Assembly (NCBI GenBank): GCA_046259385.1
Contig: JBJYWI010000138.1
Coordinates: 1 to 62,559 of the forward strand
DNA: 62,559 bases
Direction: 5' to 3'
DNA from: Anaerolineales bacterium
Lineage (GTDB): Bacteria; Chloroflexota; Anaerolineae; Anaerolineales; UBA4823
Below, one piece after another: positions 1 through 9,097 of this stretch. How positions within the stretch are numbered: position 1 is the stretch's first letter; each line of letters starts with the position of its first letter. A model generated the notes under the pieces. It was not told where the DNA came from. It saw nothing but the letters and a program-made list of their open reading frames with translations, and made no database searches. A program made the translations under genes and the position numbers.

Positions 1-486
1 CGCGGATGCTCAATCAACTGCTCGAAAAACTGTGGATTTATCATAATTTCTTCCAACCAGTAATGCGATTGAATGAGAAAATCCCACTACCTGATCAACC
101 CTTTCGGTGCAAACGCATCTACGATGAAGCCCAACCGCCGTTTGACCGCTTGTGTTCCAAAGGCCCCCTGGCTTCACAAACAAAGCAGCAGCTCCAAGCT
201 TTTCGGGAAGACATAAACCCGTGCCGGTTACGTGACACAATTGATCAAATGATTGACCAATTGCGGGCACTGCCTGGCGCTAAGGATGGTTTGACAGAAG
301 ATGTTTTTCTGAGTGTTGGTGATTGGAAGAATTCTGCAGTGGAGACGGCTTTAGTGTCGTCCTGTCCGAACGATCAGGTTTATTCGATGAAACAATAAAT
401 GTTAAAAAAAAAGGAGAGGACGCTTTAGTAACATTATCATTTGAATGAATGATGATTGTTCGGTAACATTATCTTTTGATTTGACA
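1..486 (+). mobile_element. Right end of an insertion sequence (partial)
   Basis: Transposase tail, then two 17-bp direct repeats GTAACATTATC(A/T)TTTGA at 428-444 and 463-479, ending in TTGACA at 481-486 (ACA-3' terminus); exact end uncertain. Confidence 0.6.
3..398 (+). CDS. DDE-type transposase/integrase, C-terminal fragment (frame open to window edge)
   Basis: LWIYHNFFQPVMRL...KRIYDEAQPPFDRL resembles the NFFQP...YD-x-A-x-TP C-terminus of integrase-domain (ISNCY/IS481-like) transposases; followed by a repeated-motif end. Confidence 0.7.
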   Translation, partial: RMLNQLLEKLWIYHNFFQPVMRLNEKIPLPDQPFRCKRIYDEAQPPFDRLCSKGPLASQTKQQLQAFREDINPCRLRDTIDQMIDQLRALPGAKDGLTEDVFLSVGDWKNSAVETALVSSCPNDQVYSMKQ

Positions 487-514
487 AGTTTGATTAGGTT
501 TGTAATATTCAACA

Positions 515-1303
515 TTAAATTGAACCCCAGAGTGGGATGCCGCCCATTACTTCCAGGTATTTAGAAACGTTTTTTTGCATCTCTTTTTTGTCAGACCAGA
601 ATGTATTTAATTGCGATTGGTGTGCTTCAATCGCGTTTTGCCAGGCGGTTAATCCGCTCTGGCTTATTCTGAATAACATTTTCTTCCACTCTGAGCGCGT
701 CATTCTATGCAGCTCGTCCAGGGCATACTGGGCATAAGGAAAATCTGCGTAATAAAGCAGCGGTAGTCCCAAGCTTTCAGCCGCTATGCGGCTCCATTGG
801 TGATCAACATGATTTCCCAGCCCCATCGGACATACCAATTGGACTTTATTGAAAAAAAATTCATCCATCGAGTGTTTTTCTTTCAGTTCGGTCATCAGCT
901 GGTCTGCTATCAGGCCCACAAGCTGGCTCTCTTTCTGGTTTACGGGTCCAAACAGCGCGGCTTCATCAGGGTAAAGGAAATTCATGCTTGAATTATTTGT
1001 TGTGGCTTCATTATGCGGGATGATGCGGTAGATTGCATCCGGGAAATCGAAATGGAACCATTCTGCTCCAAGAATCTGGCAGGAACGGATATCTTCATTT
1101 CTGCGAAATTTTGAAGGGTTATCCATTAGTCCCCAACGTTTAATGATTGTCTCTGCGAAAGGTGAAAATGAGCCTCCGGGAGAATCTCCGGCGAAGACTG
1201 TCCAGATGCTAACATTCTGGTCTGATTGACTCTGCATCCAAATCAATCCACCGCAGGAATAAGCGGCGTCATCCAAGTGGGGCGATAGATATATCCAGTC
1301 CAT
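515..1303 (-). CDS. PIG-L/LmbE family deacetylase
   Basis: SPHLDD, RxxED and HVDH motifs; ATG at 1303 (MDWIYLSPH) preferred over TTG at 1336. Confidence 0.85.
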   Translation of the reverse strand: MDWIYLSPHLDDAAYSCGGLIWMQSQSDQNVSIWTVFAGDSPGGSFSPFAETIIKRWGLMDNPSKFRRNEDIRSCQILGAEWFHFDFPDAIYRIIPHNEATTNNSSMNFLYPDEAALFGPVNQKESQLVGLIADQLMTELKEKHSMDEFFFNKVQLVCPMGLGNHVDHQWSRIAAESLGLPLLYYADFPYAQYALDELHRMTRSEWKKMLFRISQSGLTAWQNAIEAHQSQLNTFWSDKKEMQKNVSKYLEVMGGIPLWGSI

Positions 1304-1467
1304 ATTTTGCACGTGAGGAAGTATATTTTTGAACAATTAATTTTAATTCATTCCTGCCGCTGCAGGATGCAGATTTTTCCAGCCTTAGCGCCTGTATCAA
1401 TATTACCAAGGCTGCCGCTTGTCATGTTATGGGGCTGGTGTTATCATCAACGCATTGGGTTGGTTGA

Positions 1468-1923
1468 ATGAACTTGCCTTCTGACACACGTTCTCGGCTG
1501 CGGATAGGATTGCTGGCGGTCATATTGATAACAATACCGTGTTACTGTGCGGGACTTGCACTAGTGAATCTGTCTGATAATAACCGGATAAGTCAAACTC
1601 CATCACCGTCGCTAACGCCTTCAAAAACTGCAACTGCGACTTTCCCCTTACCTCCTACAACGACGGGATTTCCAAGCCCTACCCAAACCCAGCAAACATC
1701 AACCCAAACGATCACAAGCACTGCCACAGCCACTCTTACCCCCTCCGCTTCACTCACGAACACCATTACCCCAAGTTTCACTCCCACCTTTACGTTAACA
1801 CCACTACCCCCGAGCTCAACCCCCACATCAAGTAATACGCCCATTCCGACAGAGACCCAACCAATGCCGACTGCGACGCCCACACAGGCAACTCCGGAAT
1901 TAACGCCCGCTGAGGGCTCTTGA
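1468..1923 (+). CDS. Membrane-anchored Thr/Pro/Ser-rich surface protein
   Basis: N-terminal hydrophobic segment containing IPCYCAG, then low-complexity TPT/SPT repeats to the C-terminus. Confidence 0.75.
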   Translation: MNLPSDTRSRLRIGLLAVILITIPCYCAGLALVNLSDNNRISQTPSPSLTPSKTATATFPLPPTTTGFPSPTQTQQTSTQTITSTATATLTPSASLTNTITPSFTPTFTLTPLPPSSTPTSSNTPIPTETQPMPTATPTQATPELTPAEGS

Positions 1924-3143
1924 TTTTTATGCGAAATTCTGCATTACGAGTGTTGCTGGCAATATTTGGTCTTTCTCTCATAACCGCCTGCAGCAGGAAC
2001 GATATGAGGAAATCTCCGGATGCTAGTAATCAGGATTCGGCATTATCATTCTCGCAGGATGTGGATCTTTTAAAAGATCCCCTCCAGAGCGAAATTCCAG
2101 TTATCACCTTCCAGGAGGATAGTAATCAGGATAGTGTAAATCCGCCAACCAATATGCCATCGGTGGAATCAAGTGAAACTCCGGCAATCTCACAGACTGC
2201 GACCTTACCGCCGCCTGCCGCGGTTATGGAGCCCCCTCAGGATATTGAGACGGTTGTCCTGCTGGGGACAGATTATTTATCACCCATTACAGGACGGACA
2301 GATACAATAATACTGCTGCTTGTCAACCAGGAGAACGGAAGCGCCAGCCTGATTTCAGTGCCTCGTGATTTGTACGTTTACAGACCCGGGTATGGGATGG
2401 GCCGTGTCAATACTGTATTTGCACAGGGAGGTCCGGACTTATTATTCGATACGTTGGAATACAACCTTGGAATCAGACCCGAACATTGGGCACTGGCACA
2501 CCTGGACGACTTTATTAATTTTGTAAATGATCTTGGCGGAGTCGATGTCCAGGTTAACAAACCACTTCCTTATGATTGCGGTGGTGTACCGGCGGGATTG
2601 GTTCATATGGATGGCTATATAGCATTATGTTATGTGCGCGAAAGGCGGACGTCCAGTGATTTTGCCCGCAGCAAGCGCCAGCAGGAAGTCCTCAGAGTAT
2701 TGTTCAATAAGTTCTTTACTCTGGAGAATATGCTTGACCTGCCGGATTGGTATGCACGTTACAGTGGGTCGATGAAATCCGATTTTGGGTTGTTGGACCT
2801 GATTGATTATTTACCTTTTGTTTTGCACCTGCAGGATGTGAATGGAATCCATAACTTCCAGATAGGAATGGATGATGTGGAACCTGTAAGGCTGCCTGAA
2901 TCAGGGGCATCGGTTTTGCTGCCTGACCAGAACAGGATAGAGAGTATTCTGCAGGAGGCAGTGGACATTCTTGCTATTTCAAAGCCCACCTCTGAGAATT
3001 TGCCGACCCGGTTATTCTGGTTGACAGCAACTCCCACCGAGACACCAACACCTGAGCCTGTGGGAACGCAGGTTTTCACTCCAGGTGATGGTGATAAACT
3101 ATCTACGACCGGGACGCCAACAGAAAGTGCAGATGGATATTGA
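1920..3143 (+). CDS. LCP (LytR-CpsA-Psr) family glycopolymer transferase, probable lipoprotein
   Basis: LLGTD, GRTDTIIL, ISVPRDLYV, SDFARSKRQQ motifs; ITAC lipobox; TPT-rich tail; start may be ATG 1929. Confidence 0.9.
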   Translation: MIFMRNSALRVLLAIFGLSLITACSRNDMRKSPDASNQDSALSFSQDVDLLKDPLQSEIPVITFQEDSNQDSVNPPTNMPSVESSETPAISQTATLPPPAAVMEPPQDIETVVLLGTDYLSPITGRTDTIILLLVNQENGSASLISVPRDLYVYRPGYGMGRVNTVFAQGGPDLLFDTLEYNLGIRPEHWALAHLDDFINFVNDLGGVDVQVNKPLPYDCGGVPAGLVHMDGYIALCYVRERRTSSDFARSKRQQEVLRVLFNKFFTLENMLDLPDWYARYSGSMKSDFGLLDLIDYLPFVLHLQDVNGIHNFQIGMDDVEPVRLPESGASVLLPDQNRIESILQEAVDILAISKPTSENLPTRLFWLTATPTETPTPEPVGTQVFTPGDGDKLSTTGTPTESADGY

Positions 3144-3224
3144 TCTGGTTGTTTTATATATTTTTGAATTTGCTCAGCCGTGAATGCCTGAGAGAGAAAG
3201 AGACATAAAGAGACAATCGGAAAA

Positions 3225-4295
3225 ATGCAAATGAATGACACCCTATCTTTCCTGAAAAACATAATATCGATCTCTGGTCTATCCGGATATGAAGCTCCGG
3301 TCCGGGAGAAGATTCGATCAGCCTGGGAACCATATACGGATGAAATACATGTCAGCCGGATGGGCAGTTTACATGGCCTCCGGCACGGCACAGGAACCCA
3401 ACCACGAAACAGCATATTGCTGGCAGCACATATGGATGCAATTGGTTTGATGGTGACTGGAGTCGTTGAAGGATATCTCCGGCTTACGGAAATAGGCGGG
3501 ATTGATCCACGTGTGCTGCCGGGTACTGCGGTAACGGTCCATGGCAGGCAGGAATTGAAGGGGGTTATTGTCTCCCCTAACAGGAATTTACTTCCGGATG
3601 TACTTGAAAGTAAAGCTGTTCCTCTGGAATATCTGCTGGTGGATGTGGGTATGCCACCAGAATTTGTAAACGAAAATATACGAGTTGGAGATTTAATCTC
3701 CTTTGACCAACCTCCCGTCAGCGTGGGCAAGGATCTCCTCTTGGGGCATTCGCTTGATAACCGGGCATCTATAGCTGCGCTTAGCGGTAGTTTATCCCTG
3801 CTTGATGGGAGACAGTGTGAGTGGGATGTTTGGGCGGTTGCTACAGTCCAAGAGGAGGAGACTTTTGCAGGTGCATATACTTCAGCTTTCAAACTGCGCC
3901 CCAGCATCGCGGTTGCGATTGACGTGACACACGGCGCAGGACCCGGGGTACCCGAACACAAGACGTGCGCATTTGGCGAGGGACCAGTTCTGGGATGGGG
4001 TCCAAATATTCACCAGGAGCTTCACAAGGCGATGAAAAGACTTGCGGAAGAATTGGAAATACCACATGAAATGGAACCCCTGCCGCGCCATTCCGGCACC
4101 GATGCTTACGCCATGCAGGTTACCGCTTCCGGGATTCCAACAATGGTCGTTTCGATCCCTCTAAGATATATGCATACACCCGTAGAATTGGTCTCTGTCA
4201 GAGATATCGAACGGTGCTCGCGACTGCTGGCGGAGTTTATTTGCAGCCTGGATGGAGAATTTATGGAGAAACTTGCCTTGGACAAAGAATTGTAA
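3225..4295 (+). CDS. M42 family metallopeptidase (copy 1)
   Basis: GLSGYE, AAHMD, LDNR, QEE, SGTDA, LRYMHTP. Confidence 0.9.
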   Translation: MQMNDTLSFLKNIISISGLSGYEAPVREKIRSAWEPYTDEIHVSRMGSLHGLRHGTGTQPRNSILLAAHMDAIGLMVTGVVEGYLRLTEIGGIDPRVLPGTAVTVHGRQELKGVIVSPNRNLLPDVLESKAVPLEYLLVDVGMPPEFVNENIRVGDLISFDQPPVSVGKDLLLGHSLDNRASIAALSGSLSLLDGRQCEWDVWAVATVQEEETFAGAYTSAFKLRPSIAVAIDVTHGAGPGVPEHKTCAFGEGPVLGWGPNIHQELHKAMKRLAEELEIPHEMEPLPRHSGTDAYAMQVTASGIPTMVVSIPLRYMHTPVELVSVRDIERCSRLLAEFICSLDGEFMEKLALDKEL

Positions 4296-4346
4296 GCTGG
4301 AGTTTGAAGTAGAGATTGGTGTATTTTGTTTGATGGAGTTGAATGA

Positions 4347-5435
4347 ATGACGGAAAATGGATCTCTGAAAATTAGTGATGAGCAGGTGAGTTTGTTGGAA
4401 CGCCTTTGCAACGCCTCCGCAGTTTCCGGAGATGAGGCTGAAGTGCGTAAAATTGTGATCGAAGAGGTGAGAGCTGTTGCGGATGAAATCAAGGTAGATG
4501 TTCTGGGAAATGTGCTGGCCAGGCGTTTTGGCGACGGAGAGAATCGCCTGAAGGTGATGTTAGCCGCACATATGGATGAAGTAGGCATGATGGTGATACA
4601 TGATGAGGGCAAAGGGATCTTCCGTTTTGAGTTAGTTGGTGGAATACCAGCTCATTTTCTACCTGCCAAATCTGTGGCGGTCGGCAAGAACAAAATCCCT
4701 GGAATCATCGGGGCTGCCCCAATTCACCTTACGTCAGCTGCCGAAAGACAGAATCTGATTTCTGTAGATGATATGAGGCTTGATGTAGGACCGGATAACG
4801 GGGAATATGTAGAAATCGGAGATCGGGTTGTATTTTCTACAGAGTTTGCCGATCATGACAATGCTGTTTTTGCTAAAGCTCTTGATGACCGCATAGGTGT
4901 TTCTATTCTTATCCAATTGCTTAAAAATGCCCCAAAAAATATTGACCTGTTTGCGGCGTTTACAGTGCAAGAGGAGGTTGGCCAGCGAGGGGCGAGTGCT
5001 GCTGCGTTTGAGCTTGATCCAGATATTGCAATCGTAATCGATTCTACCCCTGCCAACGATCAACCTGCCTGGGACGAAGGAGATGATAGATGGAGTGGGA
5101 ACAAACAGTACAACACCCGGATCAGAAAAGGACCAGCAATCTATATAGCCGACCGGGGCACAATTTCTGACCCGCGCCTGATCAAGCATTTCGTAAATAC
5201 TTCTCACGTTGAAGGCATACCTTTCCAACTCCGGCAGCCTGGCGGCGGGCGAACAGACGCTGCCGCTATTCACAAACAACGCAGCGGCATCCCTAGTATT
5301 TCCATCTCTGTGCCTGCCCGTTATTTGCACTCGCCAGTTTCTATCTGTGACATTCTTGACTGGATGAATACCCAGAAATTGATTTATTTTGGTCTGGTTG
5401 GTATGTCCGGCGATATCCTTGCAATGGAGCTATAG
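4347..5435 (+). CDS. M42 family metallopeptidase (copy 2)
   Basis: VSGDE, AAHMDE, KALDDR, QEEVG, GRTDA, RYLHSP. Confidence 0.9.
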   Translation: MTENGSLKISDEQVSLLERLCNASAVSGDEAEVRKIVIEEVRAVADEIKVDVLGNVLARRFGDGENRLKVMLAAHMDEVGMMVIHDEGKGIFRFELVGGIPAHFLPAKSVAVGKNKIPGIIGAAPIHLTSAAERQNLISVDDMRLDVGPDNGEYVEIGDRVVFSTEFADHDNAVFAKALDDRIGVSILIQLLKNAPKNIDLFAAFTVQEEVGQRGASAAAFELDPDIAIVIDSTPANDQPAWDEGDDRWSGNKQYNTRIRKGPAIYIADRGTISDPRLIKHFVNTSHVEGIPFQLRQPGGGRTDAAAIHKQRSGIPSISISVPARYLHSPVSICDILDWMNTQKLIYFGLVGMSGDILAMEL

Positions 5436-5479
5436 ATAGATTTTCAACCGGTAATGAAAACCCATCGTCAGGAGAAAAT

Positions 5480-6490
5480 ATGAAAAATCTGATTCGCAGC
5501 CTATGTGAAGCACCAGGTCCGTCTGGTTTTGAATCTGGTATCCGGAAATTAGTAACGAAGGAGGTTGAATCATTTGCGGATGAAATCCGAACGGATAACC
5601 TCGGCAACCTGATTGTTAGCAGGGGAAAAACAGGTCCAGAGAGCAAAAAGATCATGGTAGCCGCCCATATGGATGAAATTGGATTTATGGTCACCCACAT
5701 TGAAGAACGCGGTTACATCCGGTTTATGCCAATTGGAGGCGTGAACGCAGACGCCTGTATTGGCAGCAGGGTTCGGATGATGAACGGATCGCTTGGATTG
5801 ATCAGCGCAGAGCGCAAGATGACCGGGGCGAAATCACAAACCTTCGAGAATATGTTTATTGATCTTGGTTTTGAAGACCAGGGGGATTGGCCTGTGCAGG
5901 TCGGCGATGTAGCCACTTACGATTACCGGCTGATTGAATTGGGCGATCGACTTGTTTCCAAAGCACTTGATGATCGTATTGGGGTGGCAGTTTTGGTAGA
6001 AACATTGCGCAGAATCAGCTATGATGAAATTGATCTGCAAAACGAAGTCTTTTTTGTTTTCACTGTACAGGAGGAGGTTGGCTTGCGTGGAGCCGCGCCG
6101 GCTGCATTTGGGATTGAACCCGACCTAGGCTTTGCTGTCGATGTAACCCGCACAGGCGATACCCCAAAGGCTTTGAGGATGTCTGTCGATTTGGGAAAAG
6201 GACCGGCAGTCAAAGTACGGGATCAGCGCTTGATCGCTGATCCAAGGGTTGTAAAGTGGATGGTCTCTGCAGCAGAAAAGAATGGGATACCATATCAACT
6301 GGAGGTGCTGGAACGCGGTTCGACAGACGCTGGCGCATTCCAATTAGTCCAAACTGGCGTACCTGCTGGATGTCTGTCAATACCATGCCGCTATCTGCAC
6401 ACACCTTCAGAGATGGTTGATCTGAGGGATGTAAAAAACGCAGTCGGGTTGATGATAGAATTACTCACTCAACCTGTGTCCCTGGGATAA
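5480..6490 (+). CDS. M42 family metallopeptidase (copy 3)
   Basis: GPSGFE, AAHMDE, KALDDR, QEEVGLRGA, GSTDA, CRYLHTP. Confidence 0.9.
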   Translation: MKNLIRSLCEAPGPSGFESGIRKLVTKEVESFADEIRTDNLGNLIVSRGKTGPESKKIMVAAHMDEIGFMVTHIEERGYIRFMPIGGVNADACIGSRVRMMNGSLGLISAERKMTGAKSQTFENMFIDLGFEDQGDWPVQVGDVATYDYRLIELGDRLVSKALDDRIGVAVLVETLRRISYDEIDLQNEVFFVFTVQEEVGLRGAAPAAFGIEPDLGFAVDVTRTGDTPKALRMSVDLGKGPAVKVRDQRLIADPRVVKWMVSAAEKNGIPYQLEVLERGSTDAGAFQLVQTGVPAGCLSIPCRYLHTPSEMVDLRDVKNAVGLMIELLTQPVSLG

Positions 6491-6517
6491 AGTAACTGGT
6501 TGAAATTTTTAGTGACT

Positions 6518-7825
6518 ATGAAAAACTGGCTGTTCTGGATTTTGATTATCATCTTGCTTTCGGCGTGTGAAAGCATTCCACTACCTCCCGAACTGCTTGG
6601 GTCAGATCAAGGAGTAATTCCGACAGGATCCCCTGCACCGATCGAGGAATTAAAGGTGACTGAAGCCAATCAGCAGGTTCAGGATACCCCTTCCAGCCCA
6701 AGTCCGCTGAGAATCAGGATATGGGTACCGCCAAATATGGATCCGGAGTCAAATACCAGTGCAGGAAAATTATTCAAGGACAGGTTGGATGAATTTAAAT
6801 CAAGTCACATAAACGTGGAGTTAGATGTGAGAATTAAAGAAGCAAGCGGTGCAGGCGGGTTGCTGGACTCGCTCAGTGTTACCAGTGCTGCAGCACCGTT
6901 AGCTTTACCAGAACTAATCGCACTTCCTAATTCCGATTTGGAGACGGCTGCATTAAAAGGATTGCTGCACCCAATCGATGAACTTGATGATGAGGTGCTT
7001 GAAACGGATTGGTATGAATATGCTCAGATGCTATCCACAATCCAGGACCGGACTTATGGGTTACCCTTTGCCGGGGAATCTTTTGCATTAGTGTACAGTT
7101 CAGAAGAAATACCTTCTCCCCCGGGAGATTGGAGTTCGGCGCTGAATACCACTGTACCGCTTGTGTTTCCAGCCGCAGACCCCCGGGCTATTTTTACTCT
7201 CTCGCAGTATCTGGCAAAAGGTGGAGCAATCCGTGATAGTGACGGAAGGCCGTTTCTGAATGCAGAGATATTTACCGATGTGTTGATCTATTATCAGGAA
7301 GCTGAGCAAACAGGTGTAATGCCATCCTGGTTAACCCAGTATGAAAGCGACCAGCAAGTCTGGGAGGCGTATGAAAGCAATCAGGTGAATATGGTGGTTA
7401 CCGCAATTTCTAATTACCTGGTTGATCAACAGGAGACTTCATCAATTTCAGTAATGCCGACACCTGATGGAACTCCCTTTTCGTTGGCTTCAGGATGGAT
7501 CTGGGCTATTCCCACTCACCAGCCCGAGCACCAGGAGATAAGCCTTGAACTCGCAAAATTTTTAACCGAAAGCGATTATCTCGGTGCCTGGTCGGAAGCG
7601 GCCGGCTATTTACCGACCAGACCTAGCGCGCTTGAAAGATGGTCTCAACCGAATCTGCGTTCTGTGCTGAACACAATTTCATTATCAGCCCAAATAATGC
7701 CCTCGATTGATGTGCTAATGAGTGTCGGACCGGTGATGAAGGAAGCCACTGAACAGATTTTAAACAGGCAGGCCGATCCGGATTCTGTAGCTCAAAAAGC
7801 ATTTGAAGCCTTAACCGGACCTTAA
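6518..7825 (+). CDS. Extracellular solute-binding lipoprotein (family 1, sugar-type)
   Basis: LSAC lipobox; YGLPF, GWIWAI, GYLPT patterns of ABC substrate-binding proteins; start set at MKNW. Confidence 0.75.
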   Translation: MKNWLFWILIIILLSACESIPLPPELLGSDQGVIPTGSPAPIEELKVTEANQQVQDTPSSPSPLRIRIWVPPNMDPESNTSAGKLFKDRLDEFKSSHINVELDVRIKEASGAGGLLDSLSVTSAAAPLALPELIALPNSDLETAALKGLLHPIDELDDEVLETDWYEYAQMLSTIQDRTYGLPFAGESFALVYSSEEIPSPPGDWSSALNTTVPLVFPAADPRAIFTLSQYLAKGGAIRDSDGRPFLNAEIFTDVLIYYQEAEQTGVMPSWLTQYESDQQVWEAYESNQVNMVVTAISNYLVDQQETSSISVMPTPDGTPFSLASGWIWAIPTHQPEHQEISLELAKFLTESDYLGAWSEAAGYLPTRPSALERWSQPNLRSVLNTISLSAQIMPSIDVLMSVGPVMKEATEQILNRQADPDSVAQKAFEALTGP

Positions 7826-7874
7826 GTTGACGGATTCTGGGGGGATTTGTTATGATGCTCTGGGAGCGTAAAAT

Positions 7875-9059
7875 ATGCCAGAGAATAGCTCGGTTGAGGA
7901 TTCTAATTCCCCAGCAGACAACAAGAGGATAGACAAAAAACTGCTATCCCGCGCGCGACGAGTTATGCATGGTGACCAAACGGAGAGGCTGACCCGGATA
8001 GGGACGCATGCTCTAATGGTGGCGTTGATCCTCCTGGTTGCTCTGGGCATGCGTGAATTTTACCTGCAGGCTGAAATTGTAAATCCACTAGGGAAATCGG
8101 CACTTGCTGCAGAGGTTGCATCGCCAACCCCAACCGAGATCTACCGGGGTTTGCCAGTACTGAAACCATATTCAGAGAATATTCCCGGAGTGCAGAGGCG
8201 AGCACACTTGCATACTGATGTGCCCTCAAGGCCGAGGAATGAAGTATTTAAGTACACTGTAAAAGAAGGCGATACTTTAATCGATATCGCTGACAAATTT
8301 GGTCTGAAACCCGAGACTATTCTATGGTCAAATCAGTTTGTGCTCGGCGATAATCCCCATAATATTATTGCAGGACAGGAGATAAATATCCTCCCGGTTG
8401 ATGGTGCTTATCACAAGTGGTCTGCGGGGGATGGATTGAATGGTGTCGCCAAGTTTTTCAATGTTTCTCCTGAAGATATAATAGGTTTTCCAGGGAATAA
8501 TCTTTCCTTCGATAAAATAGGGGATTTGGCAAACCCCAATATCGAACCTGGAACCTGGCTGGTAATCCCAGGAGGTAAACGCGAATTTGTGAGCTGGAGT
8601 GCCCCGGTAATACCGATTGATGACCCTTCAGTAGCAAAGGTTCTGGGACCCGGCGCCTGTGAAAGCGTTACAGCGGGAGCGGTTGGAGCAGGTGTCTTTA
8701 TCCGGCCGGTGGATAGTTTCTTCATCTCTGGTTATGATTTTAACCCGGACGCAAACCATTCTGGTATTGACCTAGATGGTAATGAAGGTGACCCGGTTTA
8801 TGCCATCGATAACGGGGTAGTGGTATATGCAGGCTGGAATAAGTGGGGGTATGGAAACGTGATCGTCATCAATCATGGGAATGGGTGGCAGTCATTGTAT
8901 GCCCATCTCAGTGCACTATATGTGGGCTGTGGCGCAAGTGTATGGCAAACCAATGTAATCGGGGCAGTTGGAAATACCGGAAGATCAAGCGGACCCCATC
9001 TTCACTTTGAGATGATGTATGAAGGGGTTCGCGTGGACCCGAAGGATTATATCCGCTGA
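7875..9059 (+). CDS. LysM-domain M23 family peptidase (peptidoglycan hydrolase)
   Basis: YTVKEGDTL LysM; HSGIDL, YAHL, GPHLHFE M23 motifs; one N-terminal TM helix. Confidence 0.9.
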   Translation: MPENSSVEDSNSPADNKRIDKKLLSRARRVMHGDQTERLTRIGTHALMVALILLVALGMREFYLQAEIVNPLGKSALAAEVASPTPTEIYRGLPVLKPYSENIPGVQRRAHLHTDVPSRPRNEVFKYTVKEGDTLIDIADKFGLKPETILWSNQFVLGDNPHNIIAGQEINILPVDGAYHKWSAGDGLNGVAKFFNVSPEDIIGFPGNNLSFDKIGDLANPNIEPGTWLVIPGGKREFVSWSAPVIPIDDPSVAKVLGPGACESVTAGAVGAGVFIRPVDSFFISGYDFNPDANHSGIDLDGNEGDPVYAIDNGVVVYAGWNKWGYGNVIVINHGNGWQSLYAHLSALYVGCGASVWQTNVIGAVGNTGRSSGPHLHFEMMYEGVRVDPKDYIR

Positions 9060-9097
9060 GGCGCACTCAGTCGGAAGAGAATTCTAATTTCCTGCTA

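Noticed and set aside
487-520. Possible dif/XerCD site next to the IS end
   Set aside because: Only ATTAAAT resembles the XerD arm; there is no 11-6-11 dif structure
1593-1920. TPT-type repeats as a DNA tandem repeat or CRISPR array (also near 15010-15160)
   Set aside because: This is protein-level low complexity with variable codons; no repeat-spacer array was seen anywhere in the window
2807-3961. Long antisense or overlapping ORFs (for example 2807-3961, 4734-5330, 17171-17749, 39010-39585)
   Set aside because: Shadow frames opposite well-supported genes, with no motifs of their own
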